Positions 1 through 13,592 of a DNA stretch of 64,000 nt are shown here, one piece after another. Origin of the DNA: Macrostomum hystrix (taxonomy: Eukaryota > Animalia > Platyhelminthes); NCBI GenBank assembly GCA_950097015.1, contig CATNEN010000038.1, positions 22,382,001 to 22,446,000 on the forward strand, read 5' to 3'. Position 1 is the stretch's first letter. Every line of letters starts with the position of its first letter. The notes below the pieces were generated by a model. The model saw only the letters and a program-made list of their open reading frames with translations, made no database searches and was not told the DNA's origin. A program made the translations under genes and the position numbers.

Positions 1-1261
1 TTGCACACTATGAGTACCAAAAATACAGAACAAGAACTGAAATCTTGATCTAGTTGTTGCTAGCTAGCCACTCCCAAACCAGTTTACTAGGCCTAGCCTC
101 CCAACTATATTGTCTTAACCAATGTGTACACAACTAGGTATTGTAGAATCATACATGCGCAACCTCCTAAATCTTAGCTGGCCGTGCGACTTAGTTTTTG
201 CTCTATTTACGACTTAGTTTGCTCTCATTTGCTCTCTTTTTCTCTCCCCTTTTTCCTTTTCTTCATGCCTTCTTTTTTTGTCCCTTGGTCCCCCTTTGAT
301 TTTTTTGCACTTGGTCAATTGGTTTTTGGGACTTACCTTGCTTGGCCCTCGTTTCACCCGGCCAGTTCGGCCGGGTTGGCCGGGTGTTGCGCATGTATGT
401 GTAGAATACTAGCTAGATAGAATACTAGTAGAATTATAATAGGCCTACCTGAAGAACATTCATGTTTGCTTATGTGATTGTAAACAAGAATTAACATTGT
501 ATAACTACTATACATTATATATTAACCATTTATAGAAAATATAATGGAATGTGCATGGAAATTATTGATTACAGAAGGACAATGCTATAATATAATGTCT
601 ACTTATTAAAATTTGTTAAGATAACAGACAAAGTCATGGAAAAAGATATCAATTGATGTTTTTAAGGCTTAGCTAATTTTGCTACTATATTATAATATGC
701 GATTGTTGATAAAATATCACTATTTGGTAGATATAACAATTTTTAGGATGCACAGAGTCAATTTTTTAAGATATAATTTTTAGAAGTATCAGAAGTTTAA
801 CTACATTTTTACCCCTGAATAGGTTTATATCTGTGATAGTAACAGTTTTTCTTTGTGTTTCTTCTAAAAGTTTAAAAGAATGTTCTTGTCAATCATGGTA
901 CTACCATTTCTAATTGTTTTACCCACTGTACTTAATTGCATATTTTTCATCAAATTACAGAATAGGGCAGTTAGACCATACATAGAAGAACAAGGAAAAA
1001 TTTGCTTCAACAAATATTTTGCAGTTATAATAGAAAAGGGAAGTTTAATGACAATGAATTTATAAACAAAGCAGATGAATAGGTAAATGGTATTGTTAGT
1101 GTTTTTAATTGAACCTAAAAAGCAATGTACTTGTTTTATAAAAATTTACATATTTCCACTAAGCTTAAGTAGTGAATTTTAAAGAGTTCTGCATAGGACA
1201 ATGTCTAGCTACAAAATATATTTCTATTAACAATAAATTCTCGTGGTTTCCAGTCCAGCAA

Positions 1262-4227
1262 ATGCACATGGCATCACAAGGTGGCTCAGGTCTGACTAGC
1301 ATGGTAAATGGCAAATCTGCGCACAAGCAGTTTATGATTCGTCAATCAAAGAGCGACTATGTCAAACGAGTCTGCTCAGCCAAGTCTACCATAGACAATG
1401 GCCTGCCAAAGACCTTTCGTCATCGGCTTCAGAGAGATGGCCGGCTCCCTAAAACTGACCCGATGCCGTCCAGACCATTGTCTTCATCTTCTAGGCCAAC
1501 AAATCATCAGCAGCAGCATCTGACCAATGCTCAGCTACTGTCGACATCTACAGCATTCAATGCGTTAGACACTGATCAGATGGATTCTGGCGGCGGAGAT
1601 CTGTTAGAAACGCACCGGGATCGTTTCACGAATCCTAAGCAGCCATTTACACCGCGAATTAACAATTCGAAATCTCGCGGTGTAGTAGCTCAGAGTCGGC
1701 TATTGGCTAGCGGAATCTATGTTAAACCGCCGCCTAAACAGAAGCGAGCTAATTCGGCTAATGATGCCAATGGGACACAGCAACAGCGCAGGCGATTCGA
1801 TGGCACCTACGATGTTTTTGATGGCGGACTGGCTGAACGAGATCAGCCGATTTCGGCGCATAGGCAGCAGCAGCAGCAGCAGATTCCATTGCCGCATAGT
1901 CAGAGGCGAACAGCTGATTGGGTGCTGGATGGTCACGGGCTTGACGGCGGGGACGATCGTGGGAGCTCTAATGCTTATAACACCCTATTCAGGTGAGAGA
2001 GTCATTGCTGTCACTGAGCTGTTATTTAGTGAGTCATTGCTGTCAATGAGCCGTTATTTAGTGAGTCATTGCTGTCACTGAGCCGTTATTTAGTGAGTCA
2101 TTGCTGTCACTGAGCCGTTATTTAGTGAGTCATTGCTGCCAATGAGCCGTTATTCAGTGAGTGATTGCTGTCACTGAGCTGTTATTTAGTGAGTCATTGC
2201 TGCCAATGAGCCGTTATTCAGTGAGTCATTGCTGTCAATGAGCCGTTATTTAGTGATTCATTGCTGTCAATGAGCCGTTATTTAGTGAGTCATTGCTGTC
2301 AATGAGCCGTTATTTAGTGAGTCATTGCTGTCAATGAGCGTTATTTAGTGAGTCATTGCTGCCAATGAGCCGTTATTTAGTGAGTCATTGCTGTCAATGA
2401 GCCGTTATTTAGTGAGTCATTGCTGTCAATGAGCCGTTATTTAGTGAGTCATTGCTGCCAATGAGCCGTTATTTAGTGAGTCATTGCTGTCAATGAGCCG
2501 TTATTTAGTGAGTCATTGCTGCCAATGAGCCGTTATTTAGTGATTCATCGCTGTCATTTCCTGTTTTTTTTTAGCAAAATCGACGAAGCCTATTATCCGT
2601 TTGCCGACGCCATTATCAAGGACATCGCATCGTCTGGTGTGACATCAAATCGGTGAGTCGTTTTTCCTCTTGTCGTTTGTGTACTTTCATTTTTCGATTT
2701 GGTTGTTCGATGTGAAGCAGCATAAATTTGAAACTTTATGTTCCAGCATGATTCGCATCGTCATGCAGAAGCATGTAGAACTCAATCGTAATAGACTCAA
2801 AGCTCGCCAAATGGAAGAGGTGTGCCAGCTTATTAGCGAATACCTGGGCATCAATGACGAAGATGAAGATGATAATGAGGACACGTACACTGCCGGCTTT
2901 GGCACCTCTGCATCTGCTAGCTTGCAGATAAAGAAGTTTGATTATGAAGTACGTTGCTGCGATACTATTGGTCCATAGAACTTCCAGATCCTCAAAATAT
3001 ATCTCATCTTTTAGAATCCCAAAGCTTCATCCAGTCCTCAGGTTTAAGATCCCCAAAGCTTCATCAGATTCTCAGGTTTAAGATCCCCAAAGCTTCATCA
3101 GATTCTCAGGTTTAAGATCCCCAAAGCTTCATCAGATTCTCAGGTTTAAGATCCTCATAGCTTCATCTGATCCTCAGGTTTAAGATCCTCATAGCTTCAT
3201 CAGATCCTCGGGTTTAGGATCCCCAAAGCTTTATCAGATCCTCAGCTTTAGGATCCCGATTGTTTCATCTGATCCTCAGGTTTAAGATTCTGAGGATTCT
3301 GAGCAATTCTGCCCATTTCGCTGACTCCAGAGCACACTACTCACATTAGGTGTGTACATCTGCCCTGACTTTCTCGTCGTCAGGCTGTCTACACTCCCAC
3401 TGTGCCTTTGAGGTTGGCCCTCCCAGGTGTAAATTGCGCCATAAGCCCCCAAGCCTTCTCTCCGCGGCTGCGCTCCAATTAAATGTAGCCTCGCCGCGGA
3501 ATCGAGCTCAGGGACCTTCTTGTGAGAGAAAAATGCGTTAGACCGCTCAGCCACTCATCCCCTGATCGTCAAGTTTAGGATCTTCATCAGATCAAAGCTT
3601 GATCAGATCCTCATGGGATCGAATCTGGATGCCCTAATTTCATCCCGAAAATCCTCTTCGAACGCCACAGCAATTAATTTCCTCTAAATCAAACAAACCT
3701 TAAATTAGCCGCAGCCGCGTTATCAGCGCCTAGACGACACGCAGCAGCAGCAGCAGCAAGAGCCAATTAATATTCAACCGCAGCCTCGTCAGCCTAGACG
3801 TCCTCAGCCTCTCTCAGCCTCATCGGCAGCACCCGCCTCCGTAGACGACGATCCACCAACCCTGACGGAGGTCAGCCAGATGGACGCCGTCCAGACTCCG
3901 ACACCGCTTCCGCGGGATCATCCAGGCGATCGGGCTGGATTAAACGATCCGGCCAATGACAGTCGCTCGGCTACACCGTTGGACGATTTTCAAGATGCCC
4001 TGCGTACACAGCTGCGCGATGTTACCGAATTAGACGACAACGACAATTCTGACATTGATAATTCGTCTGTGGCCGATGCTAGACCAGTTAATAATAATCC
4101 TAACAATGACGACACGCGCAGTATAAGCGAATTCGGTGTCACTCTGCGGCCTGGCCAGTTTGAGATGATGCAAACCGCACAGCCTGGATCGCCGTCTCGC
4201 AGCAAAACTGTGCGTTTTAGCAGCTGA
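1262..4227 (+). CDS. SPATA7: Spermatogenesis-associated protein 7 homolog; exons 1262-1992, 2575-2652, 2747-2948, 3709-4227
   Basis: SPATA7-like blocks: YVKRVCSAKSTIDN (cf. YNKILSAKAAVD), GDLLETHRDRFTNPKQPFTPR (cf. GDLLDKHSELFSNKQLPFTPR) and YYPFADAIIKDIASSGVTSNRMIRIVMQKHV. GT-AG junctions keep the frame. The start codon and the last acceptor are less certain. Confidence 0.8.
1999..2557. repeat. 32-bp minisatellite (GAGTCATTGCTGTCAATGAGCCGTTATTTAGT), ~17 copies, SPATA7 intron 1
   Basis: Unit starts at 2031, 2063, 2095; no spacers. Confidence 0.95.
3016..3285. repeat. 34-bp minisatellite (ATCCCCAAAGCTTCATCAGATTCTCAGGTTTAAG), SPATA7 intron 3
   Basis: Unit starts at 3049, 3083, etc. Confidence 0.9.
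3300..3562 (-). mobile_element. tRNA-derived SINE-like insertion
   Basis: The minus strand begins GGGGATGAGTGGCTGAGCGGTCTAACGC (A box) and has a B-box-like GAGCTCGATTCC; it interrupts the 34-bp repeat. Confidence 0.6.
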
Positions 4228-5144
4228 ATAAATGATTCACGGTGGCACACTTAATTGGATTAGTATAGGGCCATACTTGACTGCTGATCATGGATACGAT
4301 GTAGCTTTATTATCTGTGTTCTCTTAAAAACGTATAATAACTCGCCTTAACTAAAAATTGATTATCATTTACTTACTACCCTTCTCAAAGTGGCAGTATA
4401 CGTAAAGCATGCACTGATAAAAAAGTATTTTTATCCCACTTACTATTTACCCCTACTGATAGTACTAATGCAGAGTATTTACTGTGAATTTTATGTAAAG
4501 GGATGTTTTAACATGACTTTTAATAATAAAAATTAAAGTTTTCATTATTTACTTTCGTGGTACCAAAATGTTTGAGTTTTGCTAAATTCTGTAAAACTTT
4601 TACTTGCATAAAATATTATCTACTGTAATTTCACTTTCGCTGTGATCTACTTACGAGATCTCGTACAAACTCTAAAATTCTAAGCCGTCCACGATTAATA
4701 TTTTTTTACAAAAAGTTTTTATCCGATTTTTTAATGCTTTAGTTAAGTAGTTTTATTGTATATCCTTTCTATTCGATATCAACTCGACTTATATTCTACG
4801 AAATTGAATGATTAATTTTTCTTTGAAATAGATTGGAAATTCCAAAATTATGTTACATTTTTACTTAAAATACACGTTTCAGGTTTGTTGTGTTCAATTA
4901 ATGCTAGTCAGAATTTAAGAGTAGTGGAATAGAAAATATGTAAAACTTACTATCAATTTTACTGTAAGTAGCACAGTGAAGACATTTTGCCCTTTAAAAT
5001 CCAATTTAAAAATCGTTGCATAATATGTGTCAACACTAAAAAACGAAACTTTCAGCCAAGCAGCCAACTCGATGCAATCCAGTAAATAATTCCTCAACAA
5101 GCATTGAATCAACTTTCTCAACTATAGTTACCTGATTAACTGTC

Positions 5145-8100
5145 ATGGATGATATCGATGAAATTGATTATGAACCGCCACGTCCACTGGGTGCGGAGTA
5201 TTTGCCCATGCAGAATAGGGTGAGTCGTTGTTTTTTTACTTATTTTGACTACTCAAATAACACTACTTACAGTAGTCAGTCTCTCTCGTGTTTTTGTCTA
5301 TAAAAGATTTCAATCCAATTTACAGAGTCACGAGCACGACGTCTCCGACTCTGACGATCGCCGCCAACCGCATCATCAGCAGCAACAGCAGCAGCAGCAG
5401 CAGCAGCGGTCAGCCAGTTCTGCCCTAGCTCAGCCAGACTTCATTATGGAGGACTCGAAGCTGGTCCTAGCCGAGATGGCTGCCTTCATGCAGAAGGTTG
5501 GCGATGCTGAGGCCCTCACGGAGCATCTGGTCAGCGGCTATGAAGGCGCCGCTCAGCATTGCAACATCTTGGCTGATTGGCTGGTACGTGTTAGCAGTGC
5601 ATGTGCATATCTCTATACACTGAATTCGATCCACGATATTATCATTATTTCTTTCTATTGATATCCCTAATTTTAATCCACGTTCCTTTCATTCTTAGTA
5701 TCCCAATTTCAATTTTAGAATCCTCACTTATATTGTATTTAGGGGGTGAGTGGGTCAGCGGCTAATGTCGCTGCCTCACTTTCCAATGGTCGCTGGTTCG
5801 TTCCTCCCTCCAAGTCACGATTGTCTCGGGGCTTAGTTGGAGGTTTGCGAAGTAGTGACTTGCGGAGATGCACCTTATTTTGTGCAACCAAAGCTAATTT
5901 AAAATAGCTTAACCCCTGCCTTCTGCATGCCTGCTTGTTTGTGTTTGTTTGTGCGTTGGGCCGGGTGTGAGGCGTTGTATGGGGCGGGTGTGCACCAATG
6001 TGTACTCTGGTCCCTACCTTTCAGGCATCTAAGTCCTCCCCTGGTTTGGTCTGTTCTGTGCGTTTGCGGGCCTGGGGTGAGAGGCACTCCGGCTGCCGCC
6101 CCTTCCCCGCTTGGCTTGCTGCTGTGTGTGAGGTGCCCATGTCCAGGGGTCCAGATGACGCGATGGGCGACTCCCGCCTAGTTCGCCGGCCTGGGGGCAT
6201 GCCGTTCCTGCGCTTGTGCGTCAAGTGCCCCAGCAGGCCCCCCTGCAATTAAGTATATTGTATTTATTCCCATACAAACCAGTATTTATCCCCATTCAAA
6301 CCAGTACTTATCCCCATAACCACCTGACTCAGGTGCACTATGCTGACGAATCAGCGGAAGACGCCAAGGCTGCTATTGAAGGCAGCTTGGCTGATAGAGT
6401 CACCGCAGCATTCGATCCGGCAGCAGTTGACGAGTCCATCATTGCTGAAGATCCCGTGGCTTTCCTAGTCTGGCTAACCAGCCTGGTGCAGTACAGACAG
6501 TGGCGCGAGCTGATCTACCAGCTGGCGCAAAGGCATTCCACCTGCGCTTTTCTCAACTGGGCTATCAAGGTGCGCTGAAAGAGAATTTGATGAAACTCAA
6601 AATTGGAAAGTAAATTACTTCTAAAGGCCTAAGAGTTGCACATTGATGTAAAGTCTATTCGCTTTCTTAAAATACGAGTACGTTCTATCATTTCTACTGT
6701 AAGTAGTTTTGCTAAAAAAGTAGCAAGTTTAATATATATTTTTCTTTAGCTCTATAATTAGACACTAAAATGCTGCAAAAATTCTAAAGATTCCTATAGA
6801 GCAAGATATTTTATAGCTCTAAAAGCTTTTTATCTGCAGATCCCATTTTTTATACTGACCCTAAAATCCCAATCGATCTAATTAACCCAAAAGATGAAGA
6901 AACTCTAACCTTTCTACAGATCCTAATAGATCTACAGATCCCAAAAAATCAACAGATCCCAACAGATTAAAGATCAAACTAGTAACTAAACTAAAGATCC
7001 CAATAGATCTACACATCCCAATAGATCTTCAGATCCCAATAGATCTACATATCCCAGTAGATCTACATATCCCAATAGATCTACATATCCTAATAGATTT
7101 ACAGATCCCAATAGATCTACATATCCCAATAGATGTACACATCCCTATTGATACAGATCCCAATAGATCTACAGATCCCAATAGATGTACACATCCCTAT
7201 TGATACAGATCCCAATAGATCTACAGATCCCAATAGATGTACACATCCCTATTGATACAGATCCCAATAGATCTACAGATCCCAATAGATGTACACATCC
7301 CTTTTGATACAGATCCCAATAGATCTACAGATCCCAATAGATGTACACATCCCTTTTGATACAGATCCCAATAGATCTACAGATCCCAATAGATGTACAC
7401 ATCCCTATTGATACAAATCCCAACAGATGTACACATCCCTATTGATACAGGTCCCAATAGATCTACAGATCCCAATAGATGTACACATCCCTATTGATAC
7501 AGATCCCAATAGATGTACACATCCCTATTGATACAGATCCCAATAGATCTACAGATCCCAATAGATGTACACATCCCTATTGATACAGATCCCAATAGAT
7601 CTACAGATCCCAATAGATGTACACATCCCTATTGATACAGATCCCAATAGATCTACAGATCCCAATAGATGTACACATCCCTATTGATACAGATCCCAAC
7701 AGATGTACACATCCCTATTGATACAGATCCCAATAGATGTACACATCCCCATTGATACAGATCCCAATAGATGTACACATCCCCATTGATACAGATCCCA
7801 ATAGATGTACACATCCCCATTGATACAGATCCCAATAGATGTACACATCCCCATTGATACAGATCCCAATAGATGTACACATCCCTATTGATATAAACAT
7901 TCCAATAAGTCTGCAGCCTAATAATTAGTAAATTATTCTGATTCAAACTAGCAATTATCCACAAATCCCTAAAGATCTACACATCCCCAAAAACTGCAGA
8001 TCCCAACAAATCTACAGATGCCAACAGATTACAGATTCCAGTATAATATTATTCCGCAATAACTCGCCAGGAAATATCCGAGCGCGGTTTCGAAGAAGAG

Positions 8101-11100
8101 ATGAAGTTCGTGCCAGCCGCATGTGCCAAACTGCCCGTATTCTGTCGCTATCTGAGCACCAGCCTCTCCAAATTACTAGCTGAAGAGTTCGATCACAGTT
8201 TCGAACGCGATTTAGAACAGCTGTTAGACATGGCCTGTTACGGTGAGGCTACTTACCTGTTCAGCCAGGTAATGCTTTACAATCTGGCCCAGTCGCCTGT
8301 GAATGGCCGCTGTCACGCCATCCGCCGCCTCAGCCAGGAGTTGGAGAAGGCCGCGCTGTCTCGCGGTCGCGATGTCAGCAGATACTCTGTTCAGCTGTGC
8401 GGTGCGCATCATTATCCCAGGTTTGTGGCTCCTAATCTCATTGTCTTCTATCTTGCTATGATGGGTCATAATCCCCTTCTTAAATCGAAAAAGGTCATAT
8501 GGTCCCACATGAACTCGAGATCGGTCATAATCTCCCTTGTGAAATCTAGATTGGTCAGTCGAGTCATAGTCTAGCGCAGGTAACATTAAAATAGAATATG
8601 ATCTCCAAATGACCAAATGAGTCATGTCATTAATATGGGTCATTATGTCCGAAATCTCGCACATTAATAGCCCTGTAAAAAATTCGGCTGCTTCTTCGGC
8701 GGTTTTTTTGTGCAAAATAGGAGTGGAATCTACCAAAATCCCCCCTATCTCGCAAGAGTTAAAGAAACCACTCAGGAAGCAGCCGATGTGATCGTAAATT
8801 GTGCGGAAACCGCCGAAGAATCACCCGAACCAGCGGCCTATGGGACAACCAGAGAATTCTTTACGGTCGATTCCTCGGCGGTTTCTGAGCATGGAATCTC
8901 ACGAACTGGAGGATTCTTTGGGTGATTCCATTTCGCCACCAAGAAGCACCGAGAAACCGCCCAGTTTGGTAGATTCCAAGCATGGAATCATCCGATTGGT
9001 CTGTTTCCAGCGTTTGGTTGTTTCTTTTCTAGAAATGCCTATATTTCCTTTTTTTCTGTATATTCTGATTAAAAAAACATCGGCCTCTGCTCACAAAATT
9101 TTATTCGTAATCATGTCGGCTATTATTTTTTACTATATTTTATTGATTATATTGTTTCTTTGTACACATTTGAAGCCATTAAAGTAGTTTCTGCAAAGAA
9201 ATGTCAGCTGTCCTTTATACTCTTTTTCTACTTTTTACTAGGAGTTTTAGCCTATTAGGTCAAGAGTTCGATTCCCCAATCCACTAAAATAATCTGTATC
9301 ATTTATAGCAAGACACTTGAGGGTGGGTGTGGCGTCTCCCCTAGTCCATGGACTGTACGACAGTACGCAACCTTCAGATTCACATTTCTTACTGCACTCC
9401 CAGAGCCACGGCAGCCATGCAGAGCATGCTTGCTAAGCGGCAGCTCAACCCTGCTGATATGCTCACCCTGTACCAGCTCTACAAGCAGCAGGATCCGCCG
9501 CCAGCCGCCCTACTCCGGCTCCCGCTATTCGTACAATTGCTAACTGACGCACTGTTTCTGCCAGAATCTCAGGAGATCAACGAAGAATATTTGCACACCT
9601 ATGTCTACCTGCTGGCTTTTGCCGCCGCGGCTAGAGACTCTTCGGCTTCAAGCTCCGGCGGTAAAGACTCGGCTGCTGGCGGCAGCGGCGGCGCTGCCAG
9701 CTGCGAGCTGGGCCTGACTCAGGCGGCCATCGAGCGGGCGTCTGGCGTCTGTCGGAGCAATAAACACGTTATGCAGAGCGTTCGAGATCTAATCAAAACC
9801 CTGCGCTATCCGGTTGTGGCATACGGCGTGCTGGCCTTTGTTGAGAAGGCCCTGACGGATGAGAGGGGCTGCGATCTCAGTCAGGTTGGGGTTTTCGGAA
9901 TTGCTCGTACAATTTTATGTAAACATTTTTTGTTCATTCAAAGAAGAATCGAAGTATTGATTCTAACAAACGTAGATGTGGGGTTCTTAAACGCTAAGTA
10001 ATGTTTGAAAAACAATGTCAATTTCTTAGAAATTGTAAATGTAGATTCTTAATCATAGTTGCAAAGTTTCTAAGAAACTGTCAATGGAAATTCTTGAAAG
10101 CATAACTTTAAGGTTTCTAAGAAACTGTTAGGTTTCCAAGAAACTGTTAGGTTTCCAAGAAACTGTTAGGTTTCCAAGAAACTGTTAGGATTCCAAGAAA
10201 CTGTTAGGTTTCCAAGAAACTGTTAGGTTTCCAAGAAACTGTTAGGTTTCCAAGAAACTGTAAGGTTTCCAATAAACTGTAAGGTTTCCAAGAAACTGTA
10301 AGGTTTCCAAGAAACTTTAAGGTTTCAAAGAAACTGTTAGGTTTCCAAGAAACTAAGTTTTCCAAGAAACTGTAAGGTTTCCACGAAACTGTAAGGTTTT
10401 TAAGAAACTTTCAGACTTCAAGCGTTCCAAAGGCTGGAACTACTTAATAGGTCAATTTCTTAGCTCTTGTGCACTCGTTATAATAAACTCGCCCACCCTG
10501 TACAGGTAGAGCAGACCACTGTGTACCTAATCCTAGTTGACGAGGTTGCCACTAGCCATCCGCACCTGAGGCCCCGCGTCTTGCCAATGCTCTGCCGCCT
10601 ATTCGAACAATCGCATCCGTCCCTAGACGAGTTGAGCCAATTAGAATTTAAAGTGCGCCTAGTTGATCGCTTTGTTCACCTGATGTTTGTTGGGCACGTG
10701 GAACCCGTGCTAGACTACATGCACAACTGTCTAACTAACAAATTAGCCGACATGTCTCTACTGCGTCACTTTGTTCTAGAAGTCCTAGAAATGGTTGAGC
10801 CGCCGTACACTGAGAGTTTTGTCCGACGATTAAGACCTCTAGTTGAGAGTCCCGATATCTACAATGCAATTGAACGAAAGGAGGGTCGCGACAGCTGCGA
10901 TCGATTTCTCAGTGAGTCGGCTCAGTTTTGCCTTTTACTGTACAGTTTCTGGTCCATGATTATCCCATCTCCCAGGTAGTTATCTAGTACACAATTATCC
11001 TATCTCCCAGGTAGTTTGTGTTTGTGGTCCATAATTATCTCATCTCCCAGGTAGTTTGTGTTTGTTTGTGGTCCATAATTATCTCATCTCCCAGGTAGTT

Positions 11101-11779
11101 TGTGTTTGTTTGTGGTCCATAATTATCCCATCTCCCAGGTAGTTATCTAGTACACAATTATCCTATCTCCCAGGTAGTTTGTGTTTGTGGTCCATAATTA
11201 TCTCATCTCCCAGGTAGTTATCTAGTACACAATTATCCTATCTCCCAGGTAGTTTGTGTTTGTGGTCCATAATTATCTCATCTCCCAGGTAGTTATCTAG
11301 TACACAATTATCCTATCTCCCAGGTAGTTTGTGTTTGTGGTCCATAATTATCTCATCTCCCAGGTAGTTTGTGTTTGTTTGTGGTCCATAATTATCTCAT
11401 CTCCCAGGTAGTTTGTGTTTGTTTGTGGTCCATAATTATCTCATCTCCCAGGTAGTTTGTGTTTGTTTGTGGTCCATAATTATCTCATCTCCCAGGTAGT
11501 TTGTGTTTGTTTGTGGTCCATAATTATCTCATCTCCCAGGTAGTTTGTGTTTGTGGTCCATAATTATCTCATCTCCCAGGTAGTTTGTGTTTCTTTGTGG
11601 TCCATAATTATCTCATCTCCCAGGTAGTTTGTGTTTGTTTGTGGTCCATAATTATCTCATCTCCCAGGTAGTTTGTGTTTGTTTGTGGTCCATAATTATC
11701 TCATCTCCCAGGTGGTTATCTGTTTCTGAATGTCATTGCAGAAGACTCATCGCGCACACTGAAGGCAGCAAGAACTTGA
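5145..11779 (+). CDS. NELFCD: Negative elongation factor C/D (TH1-like); exons 5145-5219, 5326-5583, 6333-6569, 8071-8420, 9404-9884, 10506-10911, 11742-11779
   Basis: TH1 family motifs: [118 protein letters not shown]. All junctions are GT-AG and in frame. The last exon is less certain. Confidence 0.93.
5742..5900 (+). mobile_element. tRNA-derived SINE-like element in NELFCD intron 2
   Basis: GGGGGTGAGTGGGTCAGCGGCTAA (A box) and GGTTCGTTCC at 5795 (B box); 3' limit approximate. Confidence 0.55.
6995..7895. repeat. 18-bp-based minisatellite (AGATCCCAATAGATCTAC and variants) with 36/54-bp higher-order units
   Basis: Direct tandem array in NELFCD intron 3; source of spurious ORFs at 7653-7964. 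Confidence 0.95.
9240..9375 (+). mobile_element. Degenerate SINE related to 21640-21880
   Basis: GAGTTCGATTCCC B box, GCAAGACACTT, and GGGTGTGGCGTCTCCCCTAGTCCATGGACTG resembling the 21.8 kb copy. Confidence 0.5.
10110..10410. repeat. 19-bp minisatellite (GGTTTCCAAGAAACTGTTA), NELFCD intron 5; also at 18270-18370 and 60380-60580
   Basis: Tandem units 19 bp apart. Confidence 0.95.
10950..11720. repeat. ~35-43-bp minisatellite (GTGGTCCATAATTATCTCATCTCCCAGGTAGTTTGTGTTT), NELFCD intron 6
   Basis: Tandem array with two alternating unit variants. Confidence 0.95.
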
Positions 11780-12392
11780 AGTAACTAATAGACAGTAGAC
11801 TGATTTATGCATTCAATACGTAATTTTTAATCATTGCGTTGCGTCTCTATTCTTTCTTCCAGTGCTCATGTGTTCTTACTATTTGCGTTATTTTCTTCAC
11901 TCTGATGTACAGTGCCACCTGTAAGTTTGTTGTATTCAATTCCAGTTTTTTTGTCTTCAGTGTCAGTGTTTCATCGTATTCTCCTGTTCACCCTGTTCTT
12001 ACCTGTTTCCAGCCTTTAAGAGGCAGTGCTTGTCACATAATAATAAATTTGTTCAGAGTGTTGCATTCTAGCATTGCTTATGTCTCTATACGCGGCACTG
12101 ACGTACCAGTGACACATTTGTCTTAAGCCTTCTTCAAAAAATCTTTCTTGTTATTAGGCTACAGAGTTGACTTCAAATATAACTGCGTTATCCTCAAGCA
12201 AGGTAACCCAAGAATTTAGCATATTGCCTAAACGTGTACTCAATTTCGGCCGGGTCAGGTGTTGAAATACGGCTCGTAGAAGACGGCGCGACTTGTGACG
12301 ACGTATACCATTCTGTCAGTAGAAAAACACGACGATAACGCACGTAGTGACATCCGGGATCTCTATTCTCTCTCTCAATCCAGTCTGCCTTG

Positions 12393-12803
12393 TCAACCAT
12401 CTGCTGGTACTTCCTCCGTCTCGTTGCCGTTGGAGTCGTTGAGTTGGTCGTGCGCCGCGTACCGCCATCTGGTATTCCTGGTGCCTAGATCCACCGCTTG
12501 CAGCCGGCCTGCGTCGTTAGTGACGTTGCGAGGTTGGCGGAATCCGCTGCAGCATAGCAGATGCTTCACAGATCGCTTGAACTTAGCACTGCGGTAGATG
12601 AAAACGAAAATGGTCATGCAGTGGTTTAATAGAGACAGTCTCATGCTGCCGTGCACCAAATCGGCTAGCTTGGCCAGGTAATCCACATTCTGAGCCACGT
12701 CCATCAACTCCCTGGAGGTGTCTAGCAATGGTCGGGACACTAGCAGCGAAATGTTGAACACCAGGTACATGATAGACAGAGGGAGCACTGTGACGGTGCC
12801 TTT
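12393..12803 (-). pseudogene. 3' fragment (TM6-TM7 and tail) of a class A GPCR; part of duplicate 11806-12803 = 18550-19547
   Basis: Near-identical to 19137-19547; cut at ~12804 by Crypton sequence. Confidence 0.85.
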
Positions 12804-12804
12804 A

Positions 12805-13592
12805 AGCATCCTTTAGCAAAGGCGGAAGCGTAAGGTAGCTCTGCCCATCAGCATCTTTACAATCCAGCAGAGCACAACGCTTCCTGATCGCTTTAAGTTG
12901 CTCTTGACCTCTCTCACCTAGGATATAAAGAATTACGAAGATGACCTCGTCCTGCAACCTTTCTGCGGTCGATCTGTCGAAATATTGCCAATTTTTATTA
13001 GATCTCCGTCCTCAATCGGTTGATTTTGTAGAACTCCACCTTCAGCATTGAACTGGCGAACTTTTACTCTTAGCATCCTGTTTGCAGCTTCAAACTCTGG
13101 TCCACATATGATGTCCGTCTTCATCTTCAGCACCATTCTTAGGTAACGTTGCACACCAGCTCGAATGCACATAAGCGTGGAAGATGCATACGGACTCCCA
13201 CCAGCCTTCTTCAACCCAAAGTAGTAAAAACGGGGATATTCTCCCAGCTTCTCCTCTGCCATGCCTTGCACCTCTTCAATCGTATGCTTGCGCATAAAGT
13301 TTATAAACCGTTCTCCTTGCTGAATCATTTGATCACGGGTTGACAGTGCCAAAGAATCAATCTCAACCTGGTCCATATCGGCAGCGACAGCTTCTGGTGC
13401 ATTCGGTAATTCAACTCCGCTAACATAATCGTCCGAGTTGGCATGGGGATCCGTAAGAAAGTTGACAAAGTTCAGTAATTCGTCGTCTTCATGGTGGTCC
13501 TTAGAGCTTAGCACAGAAACAAATTCAAATTCGATCCGACTGACTCCATCCAAAGAGAAACATGGAATATTTTTCCAGTTAATCAAAGCCAT
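12805..13592 (-). mobile_element. Crypton-type tyrosine recombinase fragment (DUF3504/KCTD1-ZMYM-like), frameshifted and truncated
   Basis: FYYFGLKKAGGSPYASSTLMCIRAGVQRYL...GPEFEAANRML; after a frameshift near 12985 it reads YFDRSTAERLQDEVIFVILYILGERGQEQL (first catalytic Arg box). Confidence 0.75.

Noticed and set aside
1999-2557. 32-bp array (and the 31/34-bp arrays) as CRISPR
   Set aside because: Units are contiguous with no unique spacers, lie in spliceosomal introns, and there are no cas genes
3500-3562. tRNA genes (also 5742 and 21640)
   Set aside because: A/B boxes are present but there is no complete cloverleaf, and SINE-like bodies follow
5899-6252. Overlapping GC-rich ORFs in NELFCD intron 2 (also 8710-9187, 59024-59747)
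   Set aside because: No recognisable domains or splice-consistent model; likely repeat-derived
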